Assembly: GCF_009914755.1 (NCBI RefSeq)
Contig: NC_060926.1
Source of the DNA: the human T2T-CHM13v2.0 reference genome, Homo sapiens
Length of the DNA: 64,000 nt
Direction: 5' to 3' (one strand)
Positions 1-16,279 of this stretch are shown here, one piece after another. Within the stretch, counting starts at the first letter, position 1. Every line of letters begins with the position of its first letter. The translations under genes and the position numbers were made by a program. The notes under the pieces are model-generated. The model saw nothing but the letters and a program-made list of their open reading frames with translations, was not told where the DNA came from and did no database searches.

Positions 1-1570
1 ATTTAAGCAATCTACAAAGTGTGTTCTTAAAGCGTAATGGAATTAAACTAGAAATCAATAATAGAAAGATAGATTTAAAATTTCCTAAATATTTGAAAAT
101 AAACAACACACTTTTAAATAAGCTTTGGATCAATATTTCTTCATATATATTTAAAAATATTTTTAATTACATAAAAATGAAAATATAACTTACCAATATA
201 TGGGAAGCTGCAAAAACTGCTTAGAAAGAAATTTATAGCATTAAAAGCACACATTAGAGAAAAATAATGATTTAAAATAACTACCCAAGCTTTCACATTA
301 GGAAACTAGAGAAAAAAAGAACAACTGCAGCATAAAGAAAACAGAAAAGTACAATAAAGTGAATCTTTGCACAGACCATACAACTTTCTAAAAATTAACT
401 CAAAATGGATCACAGACCTAAAATGCAAAACCTCTAAAACTTCTGAAGATAACATTGGAAACAAATCTAGTTGACCTTCTTTTTCATAATGGTTCTTCAT
501 TTCAATACCAAAAGAAAAGTCCGTAAGAGGAAAAAAAAAAAGGTAACTAATCATAAGTTCTTCAACCTCATTCTTTTTCAAAATTATGTGGCTATTCTGG
601 GTGTTTTCTATTGGCATACACATTTTTCTGATTAGCTTGTCATGTTCTGCAAAAGATATATCATGTTCATGGATTGGAAAACTCAAAATTGTTAAGGTGT
701 CAATTCTCTCCAGTTTGATCTATGCATTCAATTCAATTCATCAAAATGTCAGGGAGCTTATTTGTAAATGCTAACAAGCAGTTTCTAAAATTTATATCAA
801 AAGGAAAAAGAACTAAAAGGGTTATACATTTTTTTAAAAAACAAAAAAGAGTGTTACACTAGGCAATTTTAAGACTTATTAAAAAGCTATCATAATCAAA
901 CAAGGTGTTATCAGTGAAAAAAATACACATAAATCAATGAAACAGAATAAAGACCCATAAAAAGATCCATAAAAATATAGTCAATAAGTTTTTTAAGTGC
1001 AAAGGCAACTCAATGAGGAAAACATAGACTTCAAAATTGATACTGGAACATTTCCAAGTCCATATGCAAAATAAATTAATTTCAACCTATACCCCGCATA
1101 TTATACCCCGCATATTGAACTAAAATGGAACATAGATCCAGATATAAAGAGTAAAAAACTGAAAATACTTATAAGGAAACATAAAAGAAAATTTGCACAG
1201 TTTTTAAGTATTATGTTGAGTTTCAGATATGACAACAAAAGCAGAATCTATAGAAAATTATACTATAATGTTATCAAAATAAAAACGTTTTCTCTGTGAA
1301 AGTTATTGTTAAAGGAAGGGAAAGTAAGCAAATAACTGAGAGAAATATATGTAAATCATATATCTGATAATACGTAAAGAACTCTTAAACTCAACAAGGG
1401 AAAAAATGTAATTTAAAAAAATGGACAAAAAATCTGAACAGACACTTCACCAATGAACATATATGGACATCAAGGAAGCATATACTTATCATTAGGGAAA
1501 TACAAATCAAAAGTACCCTGAGATACCATTACACATCTATTATAATGACACCCAGTGCTGGCAAGGATGC
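1..1570 (+). mobile_element. Old L1M ORF2 fragments (jumbled; an inverted piece at ~545-655)
   Basis: Degenerate L1 ORF2 motifs (ggaattaaactagaaatcaataatagaaag; catgttcatggattggaaaactc; gagataccattacac). ~545-655 reads as L1 ORF2 on the minus strand. Confidence 0.8.
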
Positions 1571-2631
1571 TATGTTAATTATCTAGGGCTGCTAAATTAG
1601 TCTACTATGGCTGCCATACAAATTACCACAAAACGGGTAGCTTAAACAATGTAATTTTATTGTCACATAGTTCTAGAAGCCAAAAGTCTAAAGTCAAGCA
1701 ACCCTCCAGTTGATTCTTTCTGAGGACTGTGAGAGAAGAATCAGTTTCAGTCCTCTCTCATTAGCTTGCAGATAGTCGTTGTCTTCCTCTTTCTCTATGC
1801 ATGTCTGTGTCTTAATTTCCCCTTTCTATAAAAATACCAGTCATATTGAATTAGAGCACACCTTAATTGCCTCATTTTAATTTGATAACCTCATTACATC
1901 CTATGGTACTGAGGGTTAGAATTTCTTTTTCAAAAAAATCATTTTACTTTAGATTCAGGGGGTACAAGTGCATGTTTGCTACATGGATATATTGTGAAAA
2001 GGTGAAGATTTGGCCTCTACTGTACTCATCACCCAAATACTGAATATTGTCCCCAATAGGTAATTTTTCATCCCTCATCTTTCTCCTATCCTTTTGGAGT
2101 CCCCAGTGACCATTATTTCCATCTGTATGTCTGTGTGTACCCCATATTTTGCTCCCATTTATAAGTGAGAACATGTAATATTTGAATTTCTGTTTCTGAG
2201 TTAGTTCACTTAGAATAATTGCCTCCAGGTCCATCCATGTTTCTGCAGAGTATAAGATTTCATTCTTTTTTGTGGCTACATAGTATTACATGATGTATAT
2301 GTGCCACATTTTTTTAATCTTCTCAACCATTTAGGGACACATGGTTTGGTTCCATGACTTTGCTATTGTGAGTAATGTTTTGATAAACATATAAGTGCAG
2401 GCATATTTTTGTACATAATGATTTACTTTCTTTTGGGAAGATACCCAGTAGTGGGATTACTGGGTCAAATGGTAGTTCTATTTTTAGTTCTTTGAGATAT
2501 CTGCATACTGTTTTAGATAGAGGTTGAACTAATTTGCATTTGTACCAACAGTGTATACACATTCCCTTTTCTCTGCATCCACGTCAACACTTGTTTTTTG
2601 AAGTTTGGGGGCCACAATTCAACCCATAGTA
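1571..2631 (-). mobile_element. MLT1-type MaLR solo LTR, split by an L1PB insertion
   Basis: MLT1 motifs (aaattaccacaaaacgggtagcttaaacaa; ggtactgagggttag; gggggccacaattcaacccata). 5-bp TSD GATGC at 1566-1570 and 2632-2636. Confidence 0.85.
1925..2600 (-). mobile_element. 5'-truncated L1PB-type 3' end inside the MLT1 LTR
   Basis: L1PB 3' end (ttttagattcagggggtac...catcacccaaata). The minus ORF 2323-2562 matches the L1 ORF2 C-terminal region (LKELKIELPFDPVIPLLGIFPK). Confidence 0.88.
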
Positions 2632-4570
2632 GATGCTGAGAAGAAGGAATGCTCATTCATTACAGATGGGAATGCAAAATTAGACAGCCTCTCTGAAAAC
2701 AGTTTGCTAGCTTCTCATAAAGGTAATCATACACTTTCCAGATGACCCACAGTCACACTTTAAAGTATTTACACAGGAAATTGAAAACATGTTCACAAAC
2801 TATGGAACTCAGCAAAAATAAGGAACTATTGAATCACACAATAACATTAAGCTATGTTAAATATATATTGCTATTTAAAGAAGTCAAATTCCTATGGTAC
2901 ACATTTCATTGCTTATAGAAGGCATTCTGAAAATAGGCAAAATTATAAGGGGAGAAAACCAAATACTAGCTGGCATAGTATGGAGAAAATGGATGAGTTG
3001 ACTACAAAGGAGCCACAAAACTGAAATTTCAGGATAGAGAAACTGGTTTGTGTGGTATATACCTAGCTCTAAATGCTTGTCAAAACCCATAGAAATGTAT
3101 ACAACAAATAATGAACTTAACTGTGTTCAAATAAAAACATATAACCCAGGATGTTAGGAAATTCCTGGATTGAATGTACTATGACAAATGACTCTAACTG
3201 TATTACAAATGTTTGACATAACCTTACTGATGGAGGTGGAGAAAAACAAATTGAACTAAGCAACTTTGGAAAACGGTGCTTTCACCAGATGCTGTACAGC
3301 TGAAGATGAAGATATAGTATAAAAAATATTGGTATCTAGTTGCTAATTGGTTTCTTGTAGGGCACAGGTTAGCAATTTGGAAACTACTTCAGATAGACAG
3401 ATACAGATAGATAGATAGATACATAGCTACATAGATACATAGATAGATACATAGATAGTCAAATATTCAAATAAAATTTAGATGATGCAAACCAGGTTTC
3501 TCTTTAACAAAGAAAGAAGTTAACTTACAAATAAGAAAGAATGACTACAATGAACACTTGGTGCTGAATTAGAACCAGGCATTACAGATATTTCAGTATT
3601 AACTCATGTTCATTTTAATATATCTACATATTATATATGTATATATATATAGAGAGAGAGGGAGATAAATGCAGGAATAATTATAGATACGTATGTGTAA
3701 ACTGGTTAATTTTAATACATGTTTCCTATTGAGCTCCTGAGACAGCCTAGAAACAGCAATATCCCCAGTAATAATGAGCTCACTCAGCACCCAAATCTTG
3801 GATGATAAGTACCATTCTCCAGTAAACGAAGCCAGAGATCCTTAAATAAATGACTAAATCTAGAGTTCGTACAGGGAAAACACAAAATAAGCTTATATCC
3901 TCTTGTAATGTCAAAAAGTAAAAATTTGCTAAACAAATACGTAAGAAGTAAAAATGAGGGAGCATGTTGTCAAAAGGACACAGAAGTCAACCTGAAAAAT
4001 CTCTCAAGGCTGGAACAATTTGAAGAATATATTACATAATGATAGTATTGGATCATAATCAAAAGAAGAAACTAAATATCAGTGACTTTATGCTTCTATA
4101 AATGTCTGAATAAATAAATGAAAAAACAATGTTTCTTATGGAAGAATTTCAATTATTAAACACAAAAGGAATGAGAAAAAAGGGAAAATCACCCTTAGAA
4201 CACTACAGTAACAAGCACAGGCAAAATTAAAATCAATTGAAGAAACTTTAAAGGAAACAGGACACTTAGAATCAAATTATCTCCCCTGCATTTATTAATA
4301 ATTGTGGCCATTTTAGCTTGTGATCACAATTCTTTGAAGCTGTTTTCAACCAGGAGGTAAAAGTTAATGTCTCTCTACTTGAGTGAGGCCTGGACTTAGT
4401 GACTCATTTCTGAAAAAATAGAGTATGGAAAGCAAAAATTAGTAACTTTACAGTACAGAAAGCAGGCAGATTCTTTCCTAACCAAATGATCAAATCTAAT
4501 AGCACCAATGATAAATTATACTGGTATCACATGTCCCCGATACAATGTGATGAGAAGGGCATATCTGTTT
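2632..4570 (+). mobile_element. L1MC-type 3' region continuing the L1 that ends at 1570
   Basis: L1 sequence resumes across the GATGC TSD. Long 3'UTR motifs typical of L1MC3/4. Confidence 0.7.
3391..3458. repeat. Degenerate (TAGA/TACA)n microsatellite
   Basis: agatagacagatacagatagatagatagatacatag... Confidence 0.85.
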
Positions 4571-4729
4571 CCTTTACCATAATATTAAAGAGCGGAGTTT
4601 ACAGACAGCCTTATCTTATTCTTGACAGTGAGAAAGATTCTGACATTTCCCCATTAGATTGGGAACAGGCTGACTTCTCTGATATGCATAGTCATGTTGG
4701 GAAGGAATCCATCAATTTCTGTTTTACTA

Positions 4730-5460
4730 TATTTGTTTTTAAACTTCATAGAGGAGTTTGTCATAAACACAGAAAATCACAAAAATCTTACATTTGTAGC
4801 TCATTTGTTCACACACACTGAACACACCCTTGTATGCAATAACTCGGTCAGGAAGAGAACATCCCCAGCACTCCGGAATATATATATATATATTTATTTA
4901 TTTATTTATATATATATATATTTATATATAAATTTATTTATATATATATAAATTTATTTATATATAAATATATAAATTTATTTATATATAAATATATATA
5001 AATTTATTTATATTTATATACATAAAAATTCATTTATATATATAAAAATTCATTTATATATAAATATATATATAAATTCATTTATATATAAATATATATA
5101 AATTCATTTATATATAAATATATATATAAATTCATTTATATATAAATATATATAAATTCATTTATATATAAATATATATAAATTCATTTATATTTATATA
5201 TAAATTCATTTATATTTATATATAAATTCATTTATATTTATATATAAATATATAAATAAATTTATTTATATATATATATATATTTACGTTTTAAGTCACC
5301 AAAGACTACAAAGGGAACAAAATTCCTAGTCTTCACTACCAAACATTAGTTTTGTTGGTTTTGACCTCAGCAAAAATGTAATTATATAGTATGCACTCAT
5401 TTGCCTCTGGTGTCTTTTACTACATATCATGTTTTCAGTGTTTATTTACATTGGAAACAT
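4730..5460 (-). mobile_element. Old L1M(B/E) 3' end fragment, interrupted by an AT-rich array
   Basis: aacacacccttgta...gaacatccccagcactcc on the left; ctaaacattagttttg...atatagtatgcactc on the right. Confidence 0.55.
4878..5285. repeat. ~400 bp AT-rich (TA)n-derived minisatellite
   Basis: Units of about TATATAAATT(T/C)ATTTA separated by variable TA runs. Confidence 0.95.
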
Positions 5461-6053
5461 AGTGGGAAAACTATCCATATCTGAAGAGGCTTTGATGATA
5501 TATCTGGAAAATCCAACTGTTTGCTTAGTATCTTAGAAGGTTATTGAGTTATCATTTATAGATATAAATAATAGCTAGACAAAACATAATGAAAGCAGAT
5601 CCTATTTTTATAGCAAATAAGAAAATAACTGGTATAATTTTAGCTAGAGTTATCTAAAGCTAATAGAAGGAAAACTAAGAAATACCCTGAGAGGGAGAAA
5701 AAAACATATCCTTAAAAACTGGAAAGATATATTGCATTCTTGCACAGGAAGACAAGATCATTAGCATGTAAATTATCCTTAAGTTAATGTGCATATTAAA
5801 TATAATCCTAATAAAAATACCATATTTTTTCTGCACCTAAGGTAATTATAAATTCTATTTTAAAGAAAAGAAGTAGTCTTATCCAATACTAAAATATACC
5901 CTAAGATTTTCATAACTAAAATGTCACTCTTGGTGCATGGATAGAAAGACAGACCAATGGAACAGAAGGAAAAATCCAGAAATATTCCTAATTACACACA
6001 CACACATTTAGCGTATATTAAAGCCAGCATCTTAAATTCATTATGAAAATATC

Positions 6054-6359
6054 AGCCTGGGTTCTTTGGCTCACACCTGTAATCCTAGCACTTTGGGAGG
6101 CCGAGACTGGCTGATGGCTCAAGCCCAGGAGTTCAAAAACAGCCTGGGCTACATGGCGAAACCTCATCTCCGCAAAAAATTCAAAAATTAGCCTAGCATG
6201 GTGATGGTCGCCTAGAATCCCAGCTACGCAGGAGGCTGAGGCAGGATGATCAACTGTGCCAGGAGATCGAGGCAGCAGTGAGCCCTGAACACACCACTAC
6301 ACTCCAGCCTGTGTGACAGAGTAAAATCTTGTCTCAAAAAGAAAAGAAAAAAAAAGAAG
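6054..6359 (+). mobile_element. AluJ-like SINE
   Basis: Dimeric Alu with J-type 'aagcccaggagttc' and an A-rich tail. Confidence 0.92.
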
Positions 6360-6635
6360 ATCAACTATTTAAAGATGGCATTGAAATAGCTGGATAGCTA
6401 TATGGAAAACAGATGTTATAACAAAGAAACAATTCTAATTCTACTTACCATATATCACAATAAATTTCAAATAGATCAGATAATTAAAAGTAAAAAGTGA
6501 AAGTATGCATTATCTAGGAAAAAATATCAGTGAATACCTTTATAACATGAAACTAAGAAATAGTCATAATCATGACTGAAAATACAGAAAGAGTAATTAA
6601 AAGATAAGAAAGTTAGAATGCAAAAAAGAAAAAAG

Positions 6636-6899
6636 TTGTTTGTTTGTTTTTTTGACAGAGTCTTGCTCTGTTGCCCAGGCTGGAGTACAGTGAAACAATC
6701 ATAACACACTGAAGCCTCAACCTCCCAAACTTAAGCAACCCTACCACCATGCCTGGCTAATTTAATTTTTTTTTTTTTTTGTAGAGATGAGGTCTCACTA
6801 TGGTTCCCAGGCTCATTTTGAACTCCTGGACTCAAGCCATCCTCCCACCTTGGCCTCCAAAAATGCTGTAATTATGGCAGTGAGCCACTGCATCCAGTC
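6636..6899 (-). mobile_element. AluJ-like SINE with an internal deletion
   Basis: gacagagtcttgctctgttgcccaggctgg...gaactcctggactcaagc...gagccactgca; about 30 bp missing in the right arm. Confidence 0.9.
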
Positions 6900-7850
6900 A
6901 CAACTTTCAAATGAGAAAATAAAAGCAAACTGAAGACACATATACTGTGAAAATATATGTGAAAAATACATATGTGTGTGTATTTGTTCATGTATGTGTG
7001 TGTGTGGTGTTTGTGAATATATGGGAATATTGGTTTATATCTCTAATAACATTTCTAAGAGTACAGAAGAAAAACATCAACAATCTGACTGAGAAATTCA
7101 AATTGCTTTAATTCTTAGCAATGTTAAGCTCATGCATGACAGAAACATTGCAAGCCTAAACTATGTTATACGTTATTTCTCAGCTGTCGGTTGGTAAAAT
7201 CAAAAAGCTTGACAGTATCCTCTGTTGATGAGGCTCTTATACATTGCTAGAGTGCATAAAAATGTTACAGATTATATAATGGTGAGCTTAACAATATCTA
7301 GCAAAAATGCATATGCATTTATCTTTAACCTAGTTATCCGACTTTTAGGGGTCACCCAAAAGATAGCTTGGCAAAAATGTGAAAAGACTGTGTACAAGGC
7401 TTTATTATTGCAGAAAAAATAGCAACAGAATGGAAACAACTCCAGGGTCCATTTATTAAACTGCATCAGTTGAATCAACTATAGTACATTCACACAATAG
7501 ATTCTAGAAAGTTGTAAAAATCAACGATGAATATTCCTGTTTTTAAAAGAAAAAAATAAAGAAAATAATTTTAATAAGTATATTATGTGGCTACTTTTTA
7601 AAGAAAAAATGTTTAAAAATAAAAACATTCTAAGTACTATTATTGCTCCACTTCCAAGTACATTATTAAGTGTAAATAATGGCAGAGAAGTATATGTATA
7701 GTGTAATACCATTTATCTAAGAAGGGGCTAGAGTAGAGAGATAAGCAGATAGATTATGAACAGAGGTAGAGACAGGTAGATGATATGATAGTACATAGGT
7801 ACATATTTTCAAAAAATAAAAGAAGTAACAATAAAAACAATTATATATAA

Positions 7851-8211
<361 letters not shown>

Positions 8212-9624
8212 AACACAATAAAATATTTTAAAGTAACCATCTATAGGGAGAAGGGACATTCTCTGAGGATTTCTTTGACATATTTTACAGAGATTTGGCT
8301 TTGGAATCACACAAATATATAATTGTAAAATTAAATTATAAAAAGAAATCCCTAAAAATAAAAGAAAAGCAAATGGATGTAAATGTGCATTCAATTTGTG
8401 TCACAACCATCGGGAGAAATTATGCCAAGGAAGTTTAAAACATAGTAATTAATTGTGCATCTCTAGTGTAATGTGTACTGAGAACAAAAAATAACTGAAA
8501 AAAGAAATCTTAAATGGTTTCTTTAACCATGTTGTTGGTTGTATTGTCATTCTAAGAATGATGTGTGTAACAGGGGATAAAGCAAATGAATAAATTATAA
8601 GGTAAGTTGATTCAATTATTTCCAAGGCCAATGAGATGGGGGTTTCACAGGGAGTGGGCAAGATAAAGTTGTAGATAAAAGAGGTTTAAAAACAAGTCTA
8701 TAATCCTGAATTTGATTTGGAAGTATCAGTATAAACTTGTGATATATTTGTCTCTAGCCTAGCTTTATCCACTACAAATGCCTAGAAACAATGACCAAAC
8801 CAGTTACAAGGAGCATCCCACCAACCATATTGTGATCTTGTGTTAATATCGCCAAATCTCCTGAAAGAAACAGGGGAATGTGCAAAATAAACCTGAATAA
8901 ATTATCAAAACGAGTAGTAAGGATACTAACAAACACCATAAACAATCATGTCAAAAGGTTCATGTCAACTGGAAGTGGCCCTCACTTACTCATAATAGAA
9001 TAATCTGAACATCAAAAAGGATAACTGCAATGGATTGCAACGTATTGAATATATTTAAGTAACTGAATTTATAAGGATACTAAAGCAAAAATGACAACCA
9101 TAAGAAAAAAAGAAAACAAATTTGTGACTGAAGAAAAAAGTCATTATTTTGAAATTTGACAAATAAGGAAAGAAGTAATCATTTATCTTCCCCATAAAAT
9201 GCAAACTCTACTACTAGTAAATAAATAGTAGATGTAGGAAACACTTTTCTTTACTAAATTGTTTCAAATAATAAATGAATAAGCTATGACAGCACAGAAT
9301 ATGAATATTTTTCAATCCCAATGATATAATGAAACTACACATTAATTATTATGGTTGCTAGCTTCAGAAAAGGGGAAAATCAGACATAATGTGCCTCCTG
9401 ATGGAGAAGCACAACTCATTTGATTAGTTTTGCCAGAACAGTAAAAGGAAGGGGAAAGGGGAAGGGAAAGAAGGTGAAGAAGAAACCTTACCAAGCCTCT
9501 AGATGTAACTACCAATTTACAGGAAATATAATAGATACAACCACATGGTCAATGGCACCATGGAGAAGCAATAAGAAAAATCTATACTGTGGCAATCACT
9601 AAAGGTAAATGATTAGTTTTTTGC

Positions 9625-11955
<2,331 letters not shown>

Positions 11956-11959
11956 TTTT

Positions 11960-12415
11960 ATTATGGCTTTTTAAAAAAAATTAAATGCAAATGACAAAAG
12001 AAAATGTGAAAATAGAATGTTAAATTAAAATACTTAAGAGACCTATCCATCAATTGCAATATTGAAATGTTTGTGAAACCAGGTATAAACATCCAATGCC
12101 TAAACAAATATATTAATGAATGATTGTTGATATTTCAAGTTTATTGTATTGTAGTTATGCTTCAAAATAGTTCTTTCCCTTAAAAAATATTTTGAAATAG
12201 TTTTTTCATGGAACTGAATACTATCTGAAATTTGATCTGAAATCATATGAAAAGGGGGAAATGCAAGGAGGTGTGGACAAAACTATATTGACACTGAATT
12301 TTAACTGTTTGAATTAATTGTTGGGTAATCAGAACATGACAGTTCATTATATTGCTTTATTTATTTTTGTACACATTGGAAAATTTTTCATAATACAAAG
12401 TTAATAAACAATAAA
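11960..12415 (+). mobile_element. Old L1M 3' terminus (likely host of the preceding L1PA)
   Basis: acttaagagacctatc; gttcattatattgct...ttggaaaatttttcataatacaaagtt is an L1M 3' end. Confidence 0.6.
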
Positions 12416-15400
12416 GTTCATGGCATTAAGTTGAAGAAAATGGCAAAATATACATGTTGCTAATAATAATAGAGTTTTAAATTTGTACGTATGTATGAGG
12501 TACATGTGATATTTTTTTACATGCATAGAATGTGTAGCAATCAAGTCAGGGTATTTGGACTATCCATCACCTACAGTATTTATCATTTCTACGTATTTGT
12601 AATATTTCAAGTCCTCTCTTCCAGCTATTTTGAAATACACAACACATTGTTTTTAACTATGGTCACTCTACTCTGCTATCGAACATTAGAAATTAATCCT
12701 TCTAACTGTATGTTGATAGCCATTAATCAATGTCTCTTTACCCTCCCTACCCCCACACACACCCTTCCTAGCCTCTGATATCTCTCATTCTACTCTCTAC
12801 CTCCATAAGATCCACAATTTTAGCTCCCACATATGAATGAGAATACACAATAGTTGTCTTTCTGGGCTTGGCTTATTTCACTTAACATAATGAACTCCAG
12901 CTCCATCCATGGTGCTGCAAATGACAGAATTTTATTATTTTGGTGGCTGAATAGTATTTCATTGTGTATACATACCAGACTATCCATTTGTTTGATGATG
13001 AGCATTTAGGTTAATACCATATATTCGCTATTGTGAATACTGCTGCAATAGATCAGGTATCTCTTTTACATACTGATTTATTTTCCTGTGGATTAATGCC
13101 AAGTAGTGTGGCTGCTGAATAATAATAGTATCTATATTTGGTTTTGTGAGTTCTATTTTTAATTTTTTGAAAAATCTCCAGACTCTTTTTCACCATTGCT
13201 ATACTAACTTACATTTCATCCAACAGTGTGTAAGATTTCCTTTTTCTCCACATCTTTGTCTTCATCTATTTTTTTCATCTTTTTAATGATGGCCATAATG
13301 ACTGGAGTAAGATGGTATTTCACTGTGGTTTTTATTTGCGTTTCCCTGATGATGCGTGATGTTTTTTTCATATGCCTGTTGGCCATTTGTATGCTTCTCT
13401 CTCTTGAGGAATAGCTATTCATGGCCTTTGCCCTCTTTAAATGATATTTTTTTTAATTTAAACTGTTGAGTCATTTGAGTTTCTTGTATATTGTGGATAT
13501 TAGTTTCTTCTTGAATTAATAGTTTGCAAATATTTTCTCCCATTCAACAGGTTGTCTCTGTACCCTGTTTATTGTGTTTTATTTTGTTTTTTGTTTTCTT
13601 GTTTTTTTTCTTTTTGCTTTATAGAGGCTTTTTAGTTTAATATACACCCGTTTATCTATTTTCGTTTTGTTGTTCATGCTTTTGAGTTCCTAGTCATAAA
13701 ATCTTTGCCTAGGCTAATATATTCAAGTGCTTCCTCTATGTTTTCTTCTAAGTAGTTTTATAGTTTCAGTTCTTGCATTTAAGTCTTTAATTCATTTTCA
13801 GTTGACTTTTTTAATATGATGAGAGATAAGGATCTAGTTTCATTCTTCTGCATATGGATATCCAATTATCTCAGCACCATTTATTGAAGTGGGTGTCATT
13901 TCCTCCAATCTGTGTTCCTCACACCTCTGTCAAAAATCAGTTGGCTATAAATATGTGGATTTCTGTCTGAGTGGTCTATTCTTTTTCATTGATCTATGTG
14001 GCTATATTTATACCAATACCATGTTGCTTGGGTTACTATGGTCTTGCAATATATTTTGAAGTTAGATAGTGTGATGCCTCTAGCTTTGTTCTTTTTGCTT
14101 AGGATTGTTTTCACTATCGAGGCTCTTTTGTTTTTTTTGTTTAATGCATATTTTAGGACGCTCTTTCCTATTTCTGTTAAACATGACATTGGTATTTTGG
14201 TACAGATTACATTGAATCCATAGATTGCTTTAGGCAGCATGGTCTCTTAACAATATTAATTATTCTGACTCATGAGCATGGAATGTCTTCCCATTGTTTA
14301 TGTCCTTTTCATTTTCTTTCATAAGTGTCTTGCGGTTTTTCTTGTAGAGATATTTCACTTCTTTTGTTAAATTTATTCCTAGGTGTTTTATTATTTTTGT
14401 GGCAATTGAAAATAGGTTTCCCTTTTTTATTTCTTTCTTAGCTAGTTTATTATTAGTTTTTACAAAAGCTACTGATTTTTCTTATGTTGATTTTGTTTTC
14501 TGATACTCTATTTATTTACCAGATCTAAGAGTTTTTCTGGTGCTGTCTTTAAGTTTTCTAGACATAATATTGCATCATTTGCAAAAAGGACAATTGGACT
14601 TCCTCTTTTCCAATTTGGATACCTTTTCTTTCTTTCTCTTGCCTTATTACTCTAGTCAGGGCTTTCATTACTATGTTGAATAAGAGTGGTGAAAGTGGAC
14701 ATCCTCGTCTTGCTCTAGTTCATAGAAGAAAGGCTTTCAGCTTTTCCCCATTTAGTATGATGTCAGCTGTGAGTTTGTCATATATAGCCTTTATTAAATT
14801 GAGGTATGCATATTCAATGCTTAGTATGTTGGGAGTTTTTATCACAAAGGGATGTTGAATTGTATAAAATGCTTCTTCTGCATCTATTGAGACAATCATA
14901 AAGTTTTTGTCCTGTTGATGAGATGTATCACATTTATTCATTTGCATATATTGAACCATCCTTGCATCCCTGGTATAAATCTCACTTGGTTATATTATAT
15001 TATCTTTTTTGTGTTGTTAGATTTATTTTTCTAGTATATGAGGAGGATTCTGCATCAGGCATATTGGCCTATAGATTTCATTGTTGCATACTTGTCTGGT
15101 TTTGGAATCAAGGTAATCCCGGCCTCACAGAATGAGTTAGGGAGACTCTTCTCCTCTTTAATTTTTTTAAATGATTGAAGAGAATTGGTTCACCTTTGAA
15201 AGTTTAGTAGAATTTTTCAGTGAAGCCATCTACTCCTGTACTTTTCTTAGTTGAGAGACTTTTTAATGCTGATTCAATCTGAATACTTGTAATTGGTCTG
15301 TTCAACTTTTCTATTTCTTCCTTATTCAATTTTGGCAGGTTGTATGTTTCCAGGAATTTATTAATTTCCTACAGGTTTTCTAGTTTCTGAGCATATAGTT

Positions 15401-16279
15401 GTTCATAGTAGTCTCAAATAATCTTTTGTACTTCTGTGATATCCGTTGTAATGTCCTCTTCTTTATCTTTAATTTTGGGTCTTTTCTTTTTTGCTTGGTT
15501 ACTCTAGTTTTTGGTTTATTGATTTTATTTTTTCAAAAAGCAAACATTTGTTTTGTTCATCCTTTGTATTTTTTTAGTCTCTATTTCATTAACTTTTGTT
15601 ATGACCTTTTTAATTTTCTTCCTTCTATTTATTTGAGATTTGGTTTGTTTGTGCTTTTCTAATTCCTTGAGGTACATTGTTAAGTAGTTTATTTGAAATG
15701 TTTTGGGAGGCTGGCCAAGTTGGCTGACTAGAAGCAGCTACTGTGTGCCACTCTGATAAAAGAAATAGAAGGAGTGAGTAAATACAGTACTTTCAACTGA
15801 AACATTCAAGTACATGCACTGGGATCCTCAAAAACACAACTCAGCCAATGGAGAATAGAAAAAAGCAAGGCAGCCAGACTGCCCACCTGGGAGCAACATG
15901 GAGCCAGGAGAGCCTCTCTCACCAGGAGAAGTGGTAAGTGAGTGTGCCACCCTAGGGACCCACATATTTTTGCAACTCTTAGGTCAGGAGATCTCCTTGT
16001 GAACCCACTCCATGAAGATGATAGTCCAACACACAAATCTATGTGGAGTCTCAGCAGAGCACCAGGCTCTGCATGTGAAGCCCTGGAAGCTTTAGACACC
16101 TGAGCTTCCTGGCAAAAGTGGCTGGAACTGTAGCAAACTGGGAGGTCACATACCCTTAGTAAAGGGGTTGAATCCAGAAGGTTGAGCAGTGACAGTCTGT
16201 AGGTCCTGCTTTCATTGAAGCTTCCAAAATAAGAGTCCTGGCTTGGAACTCCAGCCACCCACTGGTAGCAGCTCTACAC

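Noticed and set aside
4878-5285. Repeat array considered as CRISPR-like
   Set aside because: There are no unique spacers and no cas genes, and the context is eukaryotic; it is a simple AT minisatellite.
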